From Octopus bimaculoides (lineage: Eukaryota): a stretch of DNA of 58,168 bases. Below the pieces are notes generated by a model. The model was not told the DNA's origin. It did no database searches and was given only the letters and a program-made list of their open reading frames with translations. A program made the position numbers and the translations under genes. This document shows, piece by piece, positions 1-13,093 of this stretch. The stretch's first letter is position 1. Every line of letters starts with the position of its first letter. The stretch spans positions 59,491,591-59,549,758 of the forward strand of contig NC_068986.1 of the NCBI RefSeq assembly GCF_001194135.2, in the 5' to 3' direction.

Positions 1-284
1 ATGTATGGGTATATTTATTTTTTTATTATTTTTTTATATATTATTGTTTTATATATTATTTTCTTCATTTTGTACTTCTTTGTAAAAAAACGTTTTCATT
101 CTCCTTCTTCTTGATAATTTGCTTCTTCGCAATGAAAACCGGTTAGAAAAAATCTTTATTAAAATATGCTTCCAGTTCAGCATTCTGGCTTTTTTTCATT
201 TTCCTATTATTTCTCCACGTGCGGTTAACACAACCCCACTATTTACTGACTTATATATATATATACATATATATATATGCACAC

Positions 285-447
285 AACGGGCTTCTCTTCA
301 GTTTCCGTCTACCAAATTCACTCACAAGGCTTTGCTCAGCCCAAAGTTATAGTTGAAGACCCCTGCCCAAGGTACCATGCAGTGGGACTAATCATGGAAC
401 CATGTGATTGGGAAGCAAGCTTCTTACCACACAGTCATGCCTGCACC
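285..447 (-). mobile_element. tRNA-derived SINE family A (Octopus-type), 5' half
   Basis: Reverse complement of the head ggctgtgtggtaag...ttcagtcccactgc...gtgagtggatttggtagacggaaactgaaagaagccc seen at 10817 and 43427. Confidence 0.85.
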
Positions 448-1131
448 TTTATATACATAAATAAGGATAAAATCATTATAAAAATAATGATCTCTTAGTG
501 GCCAGCATGTAATAGAAACCATATAGGTAAGAATTAATATAGTTGTATATATATAGAATTAATATAGATACATAATTATATACATATAATTATAATTAAG
601 AAACAGTACCAACATGCTAGAAATAAACGTCAAATGACTCTAAAACCACATCAGCACTCCATTCATCACTTGGTAGAAAGTGACGGAATGAATAAAAGAG
701 ATTTAGCAAAATTATTTTCAGGGGTTAATCCTAGATCGAATGATTTCTGACTTAGTAATAAAAATTACTCCATATTTATGTATACATACATATATTTATT
801 CACTCTGATTATTATATTCACTGCAGTATTATTTTGATCAAAAATGCACATAGAGAGATGAATGATTAGATTGGCCTCGTATATGCGTGTGAATATATGT
901 ATGAATACGTATGTTTCTTATTGCCAAAGAAAGTATCTATTTGGTGATAGATGCTTCAACATCATGAATATAACATAGATTCCTATGTTATGGCTAATCT
1001 GGATATTTTTCTGAACTGAAGCTATATACTGAAATGGTATTTTATTTTTCTCCCTGTAGACCAGTGCTAGTTCCAAAATCTTTTTCATGTGGGTACACAC
1101 AATACACATAACACACGTTAGAGTATATATA

Positions 1132-1367
1132 CAGTAATCCTTTGACTGTCGTGGGTGTTGCGTTCCAAAAACCCTGCAATTAGTGAAAATCTACAAAGTA
1201 GAAACAGTATTGTACTGTATATTTTTTAAAATTATTTTTATAATTTGTATATATTTATTTTATTATAAATGCAAAACAACACCATGGAGGATTCAATGTA
1301 AGCTTAAATAATAAACCATGGTAGGTGAACTGCGATAGGTGAACCACAATACAGCGAGGAATTACTG
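1132..1367. mobile_element. Tc1/pogo(Tigger)-type MITE, copy 1
   Basis: TA|CAGTAATCC...GAATTACTG|TA imperfect TIRs with TA target duplication. A second copy lies at 40765-40989. Confidence 0.85.
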
Positions 1368-1435
1368 TATATATGTGTGTGTGTGTGTGCACTTTGTGTA
1401 TAAAATCAAAGAAGGTCATAAAAAAGCTATATATA

Positions 1436-2963
1436 CAAGGGTTAATTGAAAAGTTCCTAGGCTGACTATAATGATGTGATGCTAGAGTTGTGAAATTCTT
1501 GCTTGTATTAATTTGAACTCTTCTTATCAATAACTGCATTGTTTCTACAGTTCTATATTTAAGAGATAAGGAATTATGTACATTATTTACATTATTTACA
1601 TTTGACAGATATTTGTCCTCATCTTGTTTGTTGTTAACACAATGTTTTGGCTGATATACCCTCCTGATGAAGGCTGGAGAGTATATCAGCCGAAATGTTG
1701 TGTTAACAACAAACAAAATGAGGACAAATATCCGTCAAATGTAAATAATGTAAATAATGTGCATTGTTTCTTACGAGGTAAACTGACATCTCACTGTTCA
1801 AAGAAGACTTCAAAAGTAGCTTGTAATGACATCTCTTGAAAATGAAAAAAAATTGGCACTGTGGTCTTATTAAGTATCTACAGAAAAGGGCTGAGCCCCA
1901 AGGACATTCATGCTAACATGCTTGCCACATTAGGGGGTGATGTTACAGCTTTATCAACAGTGCAAAAGTGGGCAGCTGAATATAGGCGGGGAAGAGAGAG
2001 TTTTGAAGATGATTCAAGGTCTGGACGTCCTGCAACTACCACCACTAAGAAAAACATTGATTGTGTTCACCACATGGTAATGGATGACAGTTGATTCACC
2101 ATAAATCAAATAGCCAATGCTATTAGTATATCCTGTGAGAGAGTTGACAATATTCCTCTCAATAAACTTGGCATGATGATGTCTCTGTTTGGTGGGTGCC
2201 ATGTCCTCTGACACCTGATCAAAGTGCATCAAGCTAATCACATCACAAGAAAATCAGACATTGTTTGAGGCAGATCCAGTTGGTTTCCTTGAACATTTCC
2301 TAAGCCAGGATTAACGTTGGGTCCATTACTTTGAGTCAAAGAGGCAATGCATACAGTAGAAACACTCCTTTTCACCTCTTCCAAATAAAGCCAGGGTTGC
2401 TTCATTTGCAGGGAAGATGATGGCCTCAGTTTTTTTAGGGATGCAAAAGGCATTGTGCTTATTGACTGTCTTTAAAAGGGCCATACCACCAATGGACAGT
2501 ACTATGCCAATTTGCTGAGGCATTTACAAATAGCTATGAAGACAAAACACCCAGGAAAACTGATAAAAGGAGTCTTGTTTCATCAGGACAATGCTCCAGC
2601 ACACAAGTCCTTTGTTTCAATGGATGTTGTGAATGACTGTGGCTTTGAATTGGTTGATCACCCCTACCCCAGTTACCCTGATTTGGAGCCATCTGACTAT
2701 CGTCTGTTCCTCAACATGAAAAAACACTTGGTTGGGAAACAGTATTGCAGGAATGATGATGTCATATCTGTTGTTGATGCTTTTTTTCTTTGAGCAATAG
2801 AATGTAAGCTTCTTTACCAATGGGATCCAAGCACTGCAACACTAATGAAAGAAGTGTGTGGGCTGCAAGGGGGACTTTGTTGAAGAATAAACTTCATTCG
2901 GTCATTTTCCATAAGAGTTTCCTTCTTGGTTAGCCTCTGCTGGTTAGTTTCTGCTGACCCTCG
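1436..2963 (+). mobile_element. Defective mariner (D,D34D) transposon with nested insertion
   Basis: Left TIR caagggttaattgaaaagttc, degenerate right end ...gaccctcg. Fragments of HTH (STVQKWAAEYRRGRESFEDDSRSGRP) and catalytic domain (FHQDNAPAHKS, YPDLEPSDY), with several stops and frameshifts. Confidence 0.92.
1547..1759. mobile_element. Palindromic Penelope-like terminal fragment inserted in mariner, 12-bp TSD
   Basis: TGCATTGTTTCT at 1535-1546 and 1760-1771. Inverted arms of about 80 bp flank a loop that contains CTGATGA. The mariner copy at 8343 lacks this insert. PLE assignment is inferred from the hammerhead motif and the inverted architecture. Confidence 0.7.
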
Positions 2964-5099
2964 TGTAAATAATTTAAACTACAGAGATACAGAAATTATT
3001 AAGTCCTTACTTCTTTATTCAATAAATAAAATGTAGTTATCATGAATTCATATTTAAAATTTCAAACTTTTTCTCATGTCCTTTTTAAAAATATTATTGG
3101 GGTTTCTATCAGTCAGGCTTGATTATGCAGCTATATATGTATGTGCAGGCCTAGGGAAGATTTTTTTAGGATGACTGGCTGTTATCTTTGCACGTATGTA
3201 TCTCCTTTCCATGATCCTAATGTTTGTCCAAGTGAAAGGCTGCTGACTTAGGGTCAATACAGCTTGGCACCGTGCTGCTGTAGGTGCTGCTATTAGAACA
3301 CCAAGAGCCATGGCAAATACTGCAAAGCATCTTATCTTACCTTTTAACAGTTCTGTTGATTCACTTACCTGGATTGCTACCGTTTTGATAATGCTGAAAT
3401 GCAAAGTTAACTTTGAAGAGATTTGAACTCAGAAGGTAGAGAGTTGGAACAGATACCACAAGACATTCCATCTGATGCTTTAATAAGTTTGCCTATTTGC
3501 TGTCTTTTTTTATCAACTCTGTTATTTTTTTGATGTATCTAGTTATACTTTTCATGGTGCTGGGGTGTCAATGCACACAGTGACCCCCTACTGTAAGACT
3601 TCTATTGGAAGATTTTTCATCAATGGTGAGTGTTAACTACTCCCAAGGTACCTATTTAAGTCTTGTTAATGGATATAGTTCACAGTTTGTGACAGAATAT
3701 ATACAATTGATGAAACCATGCTTTATTAGTTGCAGTTTAATTCAGCTGGCAACTATGTACGCTATAATAAATAAAGAGACATATTCTATGTCAAACTAAC
3801 ATGTTAGAGTAGTGGTTCTGAAATGATGTGCTGAAGATTTTCAAAATGATAGTTTTAAGCATAAGAAAACCCATACTAATGACTGAGTGTATGGAAAAAT
3901 ATGTTATTGTTAATTTTTATGCACTAGTATCATTAAGAAAATAAAGTAAGTAATAGGTTTCTGTATTTTTTCTAAATTTTTAACCTTAGAACATTTTTAT
4001 TTAACTTTCCATGTAAAATGCTTCAGTAACTTTTGCCTTTCCATGTAAAATGCTCCAATGATTTTGCATGTAACAAAGCCAAGAACATTGAGAACTACTG
4101 TGGTAGGCAAATGTACAATGTTCTCAGGCAGGAATTAAGCTCACAAAACATTATTTACTCCATCACATAGGAGAACCCCCCCCCCCCAATCTTTTGCATC
4201 AATTAAAAACGCCTATATGTGGTTGTTTGAAATACTAGAAATAGCAAGCAAATCTCCAGCAAATCTCACATATTTTCTGAAAACAAGGAAAGACATAGCT
4301 GGCAATTTAGTCTGAGATGTACAATAAACACAGGATGGTAAATGCCTTTGTTCAGGGATCAATTTGATCAGAACTGCCCTGGAGTTAAACAACAACATAC
4401 AAGTTGGATAAATATATATCAAGTCATATGATATTTACACCCATTTTCATTAGTAACAGCCATTACTGGATTGAGCAGCACACTAAAATATACAGATTGG
4501 GTTCTTTTTTTATTTGGGTTCTTTTTTTTTTTTGGCTATTGGGGGTAATATTGGAAGTGGAATTGGGCACAGGTAAAGTAATGTATCTAAGAGACTTGTT
4601 TTGAAATCAATCACATGATTTTGAATTTGATTCCACTACATGATATCTTGTATCTTCTACCATAATATCAAATCTTCTATCATAATATCAAATCAACACA
4701 AGTTACAATTAGTTATACTAAAATTGTGTGTAGGAGCCCACAAAACTGGACATATTCTTGGGTAGTAAAAACTAATCCTTTACTCAATTTAATATCGCAT
4801 AAGCTTCAAGTACCTTTAACATTGACCACTCAGTTACATGTATACAAGACCAGATGTCTGCTCTAAAGCCAACTCAATCTCTTGACGTGTTGTTTCTTCT
4901 TACTGCATCAATTCTTGAGTATTCTTAATCACTTTCCTCCAAGTAATCTCAAAGATCTTAAATAGATCAAAAATGCTATCTTTTCATCATCTATTAAGTC
5001 ATAAATATAATTTTAAAATATGACCAAGTGGAGAAGAGCATTGAAATCCTGGACTGAATAAATGTTTTCAAGCTCAAAACCAGCTCTAGTACACACACA

Positions 5100-5146
<47 letters not shown>

Positions 5147-5152
5147 TTTGTA

Positions 5153-5300
5153 ATGGCCAGTCAGAGTGACCATTGGTTTCACACCTATAAAGTACTTAGC
5201 TGTATAGGCAATGCGTCAGAGGGATTTGAGTCTGATGAGTCGTCTATACTGCTAGGTGCTTTATAGGTGCAAAACCAATGGTCACTCTTTATCCAGCCAT
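5153..5300. repeat. Short hairpin element (probable MITE)
   Basis: AGAGTGACCATTGGTTT (5163) is the exact reverse complement of AAACCAATGGTCACTCT (ending 5288). Pairing continues imperfectly inward. Confidence 0.75.
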
Positions 5301-5657
5301 AGCAGTCTTCTACATATATTACTGTTCTAATGTTTTAGAGTGTGATTCTTTTCCAGATATAAGAACTACTGACANNNNNNNNNNNNNNNNNNNNNNNNNN
5401 NNNNNNNNNNNNNNNNNNNNNNNNNNNNNNNNNNNNNNNNNNNNNNNNNNNNNNNNNNNNNNNNNNNNNNNNNNNNNNNNNNNNNNNNNNNNNNNNNNNN
5501 NNNNNNNNNNNNNNNNNNNNNNNNNNNNNNNNNNNNNNNNNNNNNNNNNNNNNNNNNNNNNNNNNNNNNNNNNNNNNNNNNNNNNNNNNNNNNNNNNNNN
5601 NNNNNNNNNNNNNNNNNNNNNNNNNNNNNNNNNNNNNNNNNNNNNNNNNNNNNNCAT

Positions 5658-5688
<31 letters not shown>

Positions 5689-6405
5689 CATAAAAAGGAA
5701 AATGGGCAAAGGGAAATAACTCATGATGGTATCCATTTGAACACCAGATAATTTCTTGATTCATTGAAATACTCTGCTTCCAGGAAGTGTAATACAATTG
5801 CTGGTGGTAATTGGGACGCAATGAGTTAATAGATAATCTTAAGAATCAAGAATTCGCCAAATCAACATGGTATTAAAGAAAAGTCAGTTTGATTGTTTGG
5901 AGACAAGGACTGCCGGATACATGTGTTTCTGTCTCAATAGGCGTCATCTGTATAGCAGTTGTCCAACTTCATCTGCTGCAGGCAGAAGACCTGGACATAT
6001 ACAAAATAGTGTAGAATGCATTAATAGCATAGATAATTTGTATAAATGAAACAAGAATGATCTCGGAGCGGACAGTGGTGTGTATGTGAACAACAAAACA
6101 TGATTAAGGGTATATTAAATACCATACAAGAGGATTTCTAAATTTATTGAAATTATCTTCGCTCTCAGTCACTGGTGACAATGGGAACCAACTCCCAATG
6201 AAAAGGGAAAATAATCTCAAGAATTCTTCAAAATTGTAAGGCCATTCAGAAAAAGTCAGTTGCCTATGATTGGGAAATTGCTGGCTTTGTGCCAAAATTT
6301 AAGATCATCATTATTAGTATTATTTTTATTTACTTAACTGATTTGTCTTTGTTTATGTCACGTCTCAACTCCATCCTGCAGCTGAGAGACACAACACTTT
6401 CCTCA

Positions 6406-6688
6406 ACACATCACAAGAAAATCAGACATTGTTTGAGACAGATCCAGTTGGTTTCCTTGAACATTTTCTAAGCCAGGATTAATGTTGGGTCCATTACTTT
6501 GAGTCAGAGACAAAGAGGCAATGCATGCAGTAGAAACACTCCTCACCTCTTCCAAATAAGGCCAAGGTTGTTTCATCTGCAGGGAAGATGATGGCCCCAG
6601 TTTTTTTAGGAATGCAAAAGGCATTGTACTTATTGACTATCTTTAAAAGGGCCATACCACCAATGGACAGTACTATGCCAATTTGCTG
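6406..6688 (+). mobile_element. Internal mariner transposase fragment, close copy of 2240-2517
   Basis: Aligns by eye to copy 1, including shared in-frame TAA codons. Confidence 0.9.
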
Positions 6689-7720
6689 CCATTTGAATAT
6701 TTCCTAAGAAGTTTTGGTATTTGCAGTTTTTGATGCCAGAATTTTGCTCTTTTTGAGATGATCCCAAGTGCACTGATCACAATAGGTACCACATTTACTT
6801 TTGAGGTTCTATGGATTCTTTTCACATTCAATCCGAAGTCATGGTACTTCCCAATTTTCTTGTCCTCTGCATTAACAATATTTTGGTCTGCTGGTATAGC
6901 TACATTGATGCAGGTCCATTCTTTGTACTCCTCCAGTGGGGGAATGATATTTGACCAGTTATGTTGCAGCTTTTTGTCTGTATATATTGGTATATCCCAT
7001 GTGAGTCTCACATGATCATTCTCTACTACTGGTAGAGGTTGGTGTGCATACCACTCATTGGGACATTTTAACCCGTACTTCTTTCACAACCCCCAGTGTA
7101 TTTGCTCTACTATTTGTCATACTGTTTTTTGTCCTCCTTTAGGGCCAGTTTTGAGCATCCACTAATTATATGCCTGACTGTCTCAGATGGTTTTCCTCAT
7201 AGTCTGCACAAAGGTAATACTACTGTCTTATTAGTACTACACTTGATTGAGTAGGTTTGTAAAGTTTGTGTGGTGTTTCTTGAGTAGCAAGAATCAGTCC
7301 TTTTGTCCCCTTCTTTAAAAAACCCTATCTTAACCATCTTCAGGATCCTTCATCAGCTTCATCCAATGTTTGCTGGAAAAACTCATCATGAAGGACTTTC
7401 TCTTTACAGTTGATATTCTTTTCTCTATTAGTCCTCATATTTCTGGAGGATCTCTCCAATGTCACTGATCACCTTCTCATTCAGTGCAACCAGCAACATT
7501 CTTTCATCACTATTCCTCAGGTAGGCATCCAAGGACTTGACCTCCTTCACAATACTATCTTCTATTCTAATCAGTCCTCTTCCACCTTCCTTCCTAGGTA
7601 AGCATAGCCTTGATATGTATTTCTAGTATGATGGCATCCATGCATAGCCATTACTTTCCTAGTTTTTCTATCCATGTTGTCAACTTCTTCCTTTGTCCAT
7701 TCCACAACACCTGCATAATA
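6689..7720 (-). mobile_element. R4/Dong-like non-LTR retrotransposon 3' remnant (post-RT region, CCHC knuckle, restriction-like endonuclease)
   Basis: Minus-strand peptides YAGVVEWTKEEVDNMDRKTR, CRL*GKPSETVRHIISGCSKLA and WDIPIYTDKKLQHN...VAIPADQN...KY...VVPIVISALG. Confidence 0.85.
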
Positions 7721-8342
7721 ACACATCACAACTACATTATTATTATTATTATTTATGGTTTCCTTTCATTATAACTTTATATCAGCTGTATTAGTACCGG
7801 GCATCGTCCGGAGGCCAAGAGTAGCAAGGGCACTTTTGTTTTGCTATGCATGCTAAAATTATCACCACATTTATTTCATTTTAGATGGAGAATGCTTTCC
7901 ATAGTATATGGGCTGTACCAATCAAGGTTATCTTTTGTAGTTCATGGAGATTGGAGTTACTAGGGAGTTGCTTAATATACTTCTCGCTCCCTTCTTCTTC
8001 TTCTTCTTCTTCTTCTTCTCCTCCTTCTCCTTCTCCTCCTCCCGTCCCCCTCCTCCTTCTTCTTCTTATTATTTCATGGTCATTTTAATGTTTTGGAGGC
8101 ATTCATTGGTCATAAAACTATTGCTGAAAGTAATATATAAATTGTAATCACAGGTACGTTCTAAGCTGGCTTTAGAATACCTGGTGGCTGTGAGTAATGC
8201 ATCATCCCTATACAGACTACTCCCCTTTTAGGAAAATGTATGTTAATTTGATAAATAGGAGTAATATCTGTCACTTGTGTGGAGTCAGATCTCATTATAA
8301 CATCAAAGTTATTGTTGGTAGACATTCTATGCCATAGTATAA

Positions 8343-9568
8343 TGAAGGTAGGCTGAAAAGTTCAGTTCATACGCTGACTATGAAGGAGAGATGTTAGAGT
8401 TATGAAATCTTGCATGCATCAATTACAACTCTTTTTATTAATAACTGCATTGTTTCATTCCAGATAAACTGACATCTGACTGCTTAAAGACAAATTCAAG
8501 AGTAAATAGTTGTGACTTTTCTTGAGAATGAAAAGAATTTGGCATTATGGTGTTATCAAGTAGCTGCAGAAAAAGGGTTTGTCAACCAAGGACATTCATG
8601 CTGACATACTTGCTACAGTAGGTGATGATGCCTCAGCTTTATTAACAGTGCAAAGTGGACAGCTGAATTTAGGTGGGGAAGGAAGAATCTTGAAGATGAC
8701 CCCAAAGTCTGGATGTCCTGCAACTGCCACCACTAAGAAAAACACTAATCACGTTCACCACATGGTGATGGATGACAGGTGATTCACCATAAATCAAATA
8801 GCTTATGCTGTTAGCATATCTTGTGATAAAGTTAACAATATTGTGCACAATAGGTGCTATGTCTTCTGATACCTGATCAAAAGTGTACCAGGCTGATCAC
8901 CTCACAGGAAAATTTGATGTTTTTTTGAGGGAGATCCAGCTAGTTTCATTCGAACATTTCCTAAACCAGGATGGGTGTTGGGTTCATCACTTTGAGCCAA
9001 CAATCCAGGCTATAGAAACACCACTCCTCACCTGCTCTAAATAAGGCCAAGGTCATTTCATCAGCAGAGAAGGTAATGGCCTCAGTTTTTGAGGAAGCAA
9101 AAGCTTTAGTGTTTATTGACTCTCTTCAAAAGGGCCACATCATTGAGGCAGTTACAAAAGCCTATCAAGACCAAATGCTCAGGAAACTATCACAAGGGCT
9201 CTTGTTTCAATAGGACAGTGTTCCAGCACACAAGTCCTTTGTTTCCATGACTGTTATGGGTGACTGTGGCACTGAACTGGTTGATCACCCTCCCTATTCT
9301 CCTGACTTGGCCCATCTGTCTATCATCTGTTCCCATTGCAATACTGGTTGGGAACCAGTATTGCAATGATGATGATGTTATATTTGCTGTTGATGACTTT
9401 TTTTGAGCAACAAGATGAAAGTATTTTCACCAATGGGATCCAAGCACTGCAACATCAATGGAAAAAATGTGTAGACTGCAAGGGAGTCTATGTTGAAAAA
9501 TAAACCTCATTTGGTCACATGCCATGAGAGTATCATGGCCAGCCTATGAACTTTTCAGTTGACCTTCA
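8343..9568 (+). mobile_element. Defective near full-length mariner transposon, same family as 1436-2963
   Basis: TIRs tgaaggtaggctgaaaagttca / tgaacttttcagttgaccttca. Degenerate transposase including ccctattctcctgacttggcc (PYSPDLA). Confidence 0.92.
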
Positions 9569-9752
9569 TTTTGTTAAAGGGGATACGTGTTTTTCTATTT
9601 GTATAATATCTATATCTAAACAAGACAGATATGTTAATTTATGAGAAAATATAAGAGCTTTATTAGGCAGAATAGGAGAAACATGGGGAAAGCAGAGCCA
9701 AGTGATTACCTCCCCTGTATTGCTCCAAAGATTAAGATTTTCTTTAACAGAA

Positions 9753-10128
9753 CTGCGTTTGCGTTGTTGGCACTCCGTCGCTTACGACCTCGAGGATTCC
9801 GATCAACGGAACAGCCTGCTCGTGAAATTAATGTGCAAGTGGCTGAGCACTCCACAGACACGTGTACCCTTAACGTAGTTCTCGAGGATATTCAGCATGA
9901 CAAGGCTGGCCCTTTGAAATACAGGTACAACAGAAACAGGAAGAAAGAGTGAGAGAAAGCTGTGGTGGAAGAGTACAGCAGGGTTCGCCACCATCCCCTG
10001 CCGGAGCCTCGTGGAGCTTTAGGTGTTTTCGCTCAATAAGCACTCACAACGCCCAGTCTGGGAATCAAAGCCGCGATCCTATGACCGCGAGTCCACTGCC
10101 CTAACCACTGGACCATTGCGCCTCCACC
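9753..10128 (-). mobile_element. Full-length tRNA-derived SINE family B with 11-bp TSD
   Basis: Minus-strand head gtggaggcgcaatggtccagtggttagggcag...ttgattccc with A and B boxes. CTTTAACAGAA at 9742-9752 and 10129-10139. Confidence 0.88.
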
Positions 10129-10782
10129 CTTTAACAGAATAATCCTTACTAAAATAGCTTTACTAATACATCCAAGTTTGGAGTTGGTGTGGTAAATAAG
10201 TTCAAATAAGTTTGCTCAGAGAATCTGGCTCGTAGTCCTTTAGACTGAAGTGAGGAGGCCTTAATATGTTGAGTTCAGTTCTATCTTTCACACTAAGTTC
10301 CCTAACAAGTACACAATAAATACGTAATATCTCAAATAAATGAATACCTCCCCTCACCAATAATTGTGTGTCCATCTCGTCTATTCATATATATATATAT
10401 ATATATACCATAATGTACTTTAAAGGTACAAATATAGACAATAACAATTGGCCAAAACATAACGTAAGCGAAAAAATGTATGAACTTATGAATTGACTGG
10501 ACTATGATTAAAAACTGATTATTCTATGTATATGTTTTCTTTAAACTATTAATTATTTCACCTATATCGAAGAGAATGAAGTCTCCATGGAGGTAGCTAG
10601 ACTTTCAGAAGTGAAAAGTACTAAAATGGTATAACAAACCAACCAAGAATATTAGTACATAAACATGTGAATAATATCCAGAATCATCAATCGATAACAG
10701 TGCAAAACTGGTGCCTGTTTGGATAACATAAACCTACAAAAGAAAACTTCTCTATGAAGAAAAAAATTTTTTTGAATAAAGG

Positions 10783-10816
<34 letters not shown>

Positions 10817-10817
<1 letters not shown>

Positions 10818-10978
10818 GTACAGGAGTGGCTATGTGGTTAAGTAGCTTGCTTATCAACCACATGGTTCCAGATTCAGTCGCACAGCGTGGCACCTTGGGC
10901 AAGTGTCTTCTACTATAGCCTCGGGCCAGCCAATGCCTTGTGAGTGGATTTGGTAGATAGAAACTTAAAGAAGCCCGT

Positions 10979-11033
<55 letters not shown>

Positions 11034-11243
11034 ATATATGTATGTATATGTTTGTGTGTCACTTGACAACTGATGTTGGTGTGTTTATGTCCCCCATAAC
11101 TTAGTGGTTTGGCAAAAGAGACCAATAGAATAAGTACTAGGCTTACAAAGAATAAGTCCTGGGGTTGATTTGTTCAACTAAAGGTGGTGCTCCAGCATGG
11201 CTGCAGTCAAATGACTGAAACAAATAAAAGAATAAAAAGAATA
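10817..11243 (+). mobile_element. SINE family A, full length
   Basis: tRNA-like head, central (TG)/(TA) microsatellite, and tail ...gtgctccagcatggctgcagtcaaatgactgaaac. Confidence 0.9.
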
Positions 11244-11347
11244 TATAATGGGTGTTTTTGTACTTGGTTTCTGATTTGCTGATATCATTTTGAATGTAAT
11301 ATTTTTTTGGTAACATTTTGGATTTAAATTTAATAGAAAGAAAAATA

Positions 11348-11680
11348 GTGCAGGTGTGGCTGTGTAGCAAGAAGCTTGCTTCCCAACCACATGGTTCTGG
11401 GTTCAGTCCCACTGCATAATACTTTAGGTAAGTGTTTTCTACTATAGTCTGTCATATATACGTGTATGTGTGTGTGTGTGTGTTTTTCTTTGACCCCACC
11501 ACTGCTTAATGATTGATGTTGGTGTGTTTATGTCCCACTAACATTTGGTGAAAGAGACTGATAAAATAAGTTCTGAGCTTAAAAATATAAGTATTGAGGT
11601 TGATTTATTTGATTAATATTCTTCCAGGTAGTGCCCCAGCATGGCCATAGTCTAATAACTCAAACAAATAAAAGATAAAA
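11348..11680 (+). mobile_element. SINE family A, diverged and internally deleted
   Basis: Same head and tail, about 100 bp downstream of the previous copy. Confidence 0.8.
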
Positions 11681-12057
11681 ATGCTATAAGAAAGAAAAAA
11701 GATTAGTGAAAATTTTTTTTTAAATTTAAAAAAAAATTTTATTTTGAAGCCAAATTTTTCTTGAATTTACTCATTTCTTTTTAAACTGTAAAAAGCCCAT
11801 TGTAAACATACATACATATATATATGTGTGTGCGTGTGTGTGTGTATGTGTGTGGTATGTGCATATTGTGCCTGGGTGATCATTGTTAACAAATCCTTTA
11901 GTGGCTCTGTGCTTTCAAAGTAAAATTAAATGAAAACTCCAGTACCTGAAAAACAAGGATTAGTGACAGTAAATGCATCCAGCTGTAAAGAAAAAAAAAG
12001 TCTCACTATGTGTTTATCTAAACCAGAAAAACATAAAATGTATGAATGAAAAGTGAT

Positions 12058-12126
12058 AATTAATTAATTAATTAATTAATTCATTCATTCATTCATTCAT
12101 ACATACATACATACATACATACATAC
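12058..12126. repeat. Compound tetranucleotide microsatellite (TAAT)n(TCAT)n(ACAT)n
   Basis: Directly visible. Confidence 0.9.
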
Positions 12127-12669
12127 GGTGGGAAGTCCATAAGACATTGGGTTGTTGGGGTACCACTTAAGATGAAAACTTTGTCCTCACCTCATGTATT
12201 TATGCCAAGTTAGTTTGGCAGAGACCAAGTTTGGCAGATACACAAGAAGAATTGGACTTGAGCAAAGAAAACTACTAGTTAACTTTGTTTCTGCTGCTTT
12301 GTAGCTTGGCACACTTGAATGTTGAGTATGATGCATTTTTGTAATGGATGCATTTATGCTGACCAGGTATAAAGAATCAGCTCTTGTCTGAATTTCAAAC
12401 ATAACCACTTTCATACTGCAACATTATGTTTCTTTTTGGTACATTAGGTTCTTTGACATGAGCCCTTAAATGACTGCCTCGTAAGGGGTTTGTTCAACAT
12501 TTTCTATGACAACTGTAGCACAAAATATTCTATCAACAGTAGCTTAGCTCTTGCGTGCATTCATTGATATGCACACACACATGTTAATAGAAGTTGAGTG
12601 GTTAAGAATTATATACATACATACCAACATATATACATATACACACATATATATGTATACATATAGTGA

Positions 12670-12830
12670 GGCACAGGCATAGTTATGTGGTTAAGAAGTT
12701 CACATTATAACCACATATTTTCGGGTTCATTTCTACTGCACAGTACCTGGGTGTCTTCTACAATTGCTCTCAGCTGACTAATGTCTTCTGAGTGAATTTG
12801 GTAGATAGAAACTGCAGGAAGCTCATTGTA
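12670..12830 (+). mobile_element. SINE family A, old 5' half
   Basis: Degenerate head through gtgaatttggtagatagaaactg. Confidence 0.7.
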
Positions 12831-12858
12831 AATGTATGGATGTGTGTGTGTGTGTGTG

Positions 12859-12915
<57 letters not shown>

Positions 12916-13093
12916 GAAAAAGAGAGAGAGAGAGAAACAGAAATAGAGAGAGAGAGAAAGAGTGTGTGTGTGTGTGCATGCAAATACACACACACACACT
13001 GATAATACTGACAGCATTCCTACACATGTGTGCCTCGCCCCTGATTTGTTACGTTATATCTTCCAGAAAAATGGATATTTTTTAATGAAATTT

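Noticed and set aside
3341-3393. Minus-strand micro-exon with two tandem gtaag donors
   Set aside because: The acceptor lies in a SINE remnant, there are no partner exons, and no recognisable protein.
5232-5240. CTGATGA inside the 5.2 kb hairpin
   Set aside because: No downstream stem II and GAAA. It is part of the hairpin stem.
9641-9994. ORFs of 103 and 63 aa
   Set aside because: They overlap the family B SINE body.
10050-10128. tRNA-like sequence
   Set aside because: It is the head of a SINE with a TSD, not a tRNA gene.
12130-12560. Possible retroelement ORF fragment
   Set aside because: No diagnostic motif could be read in any frame.
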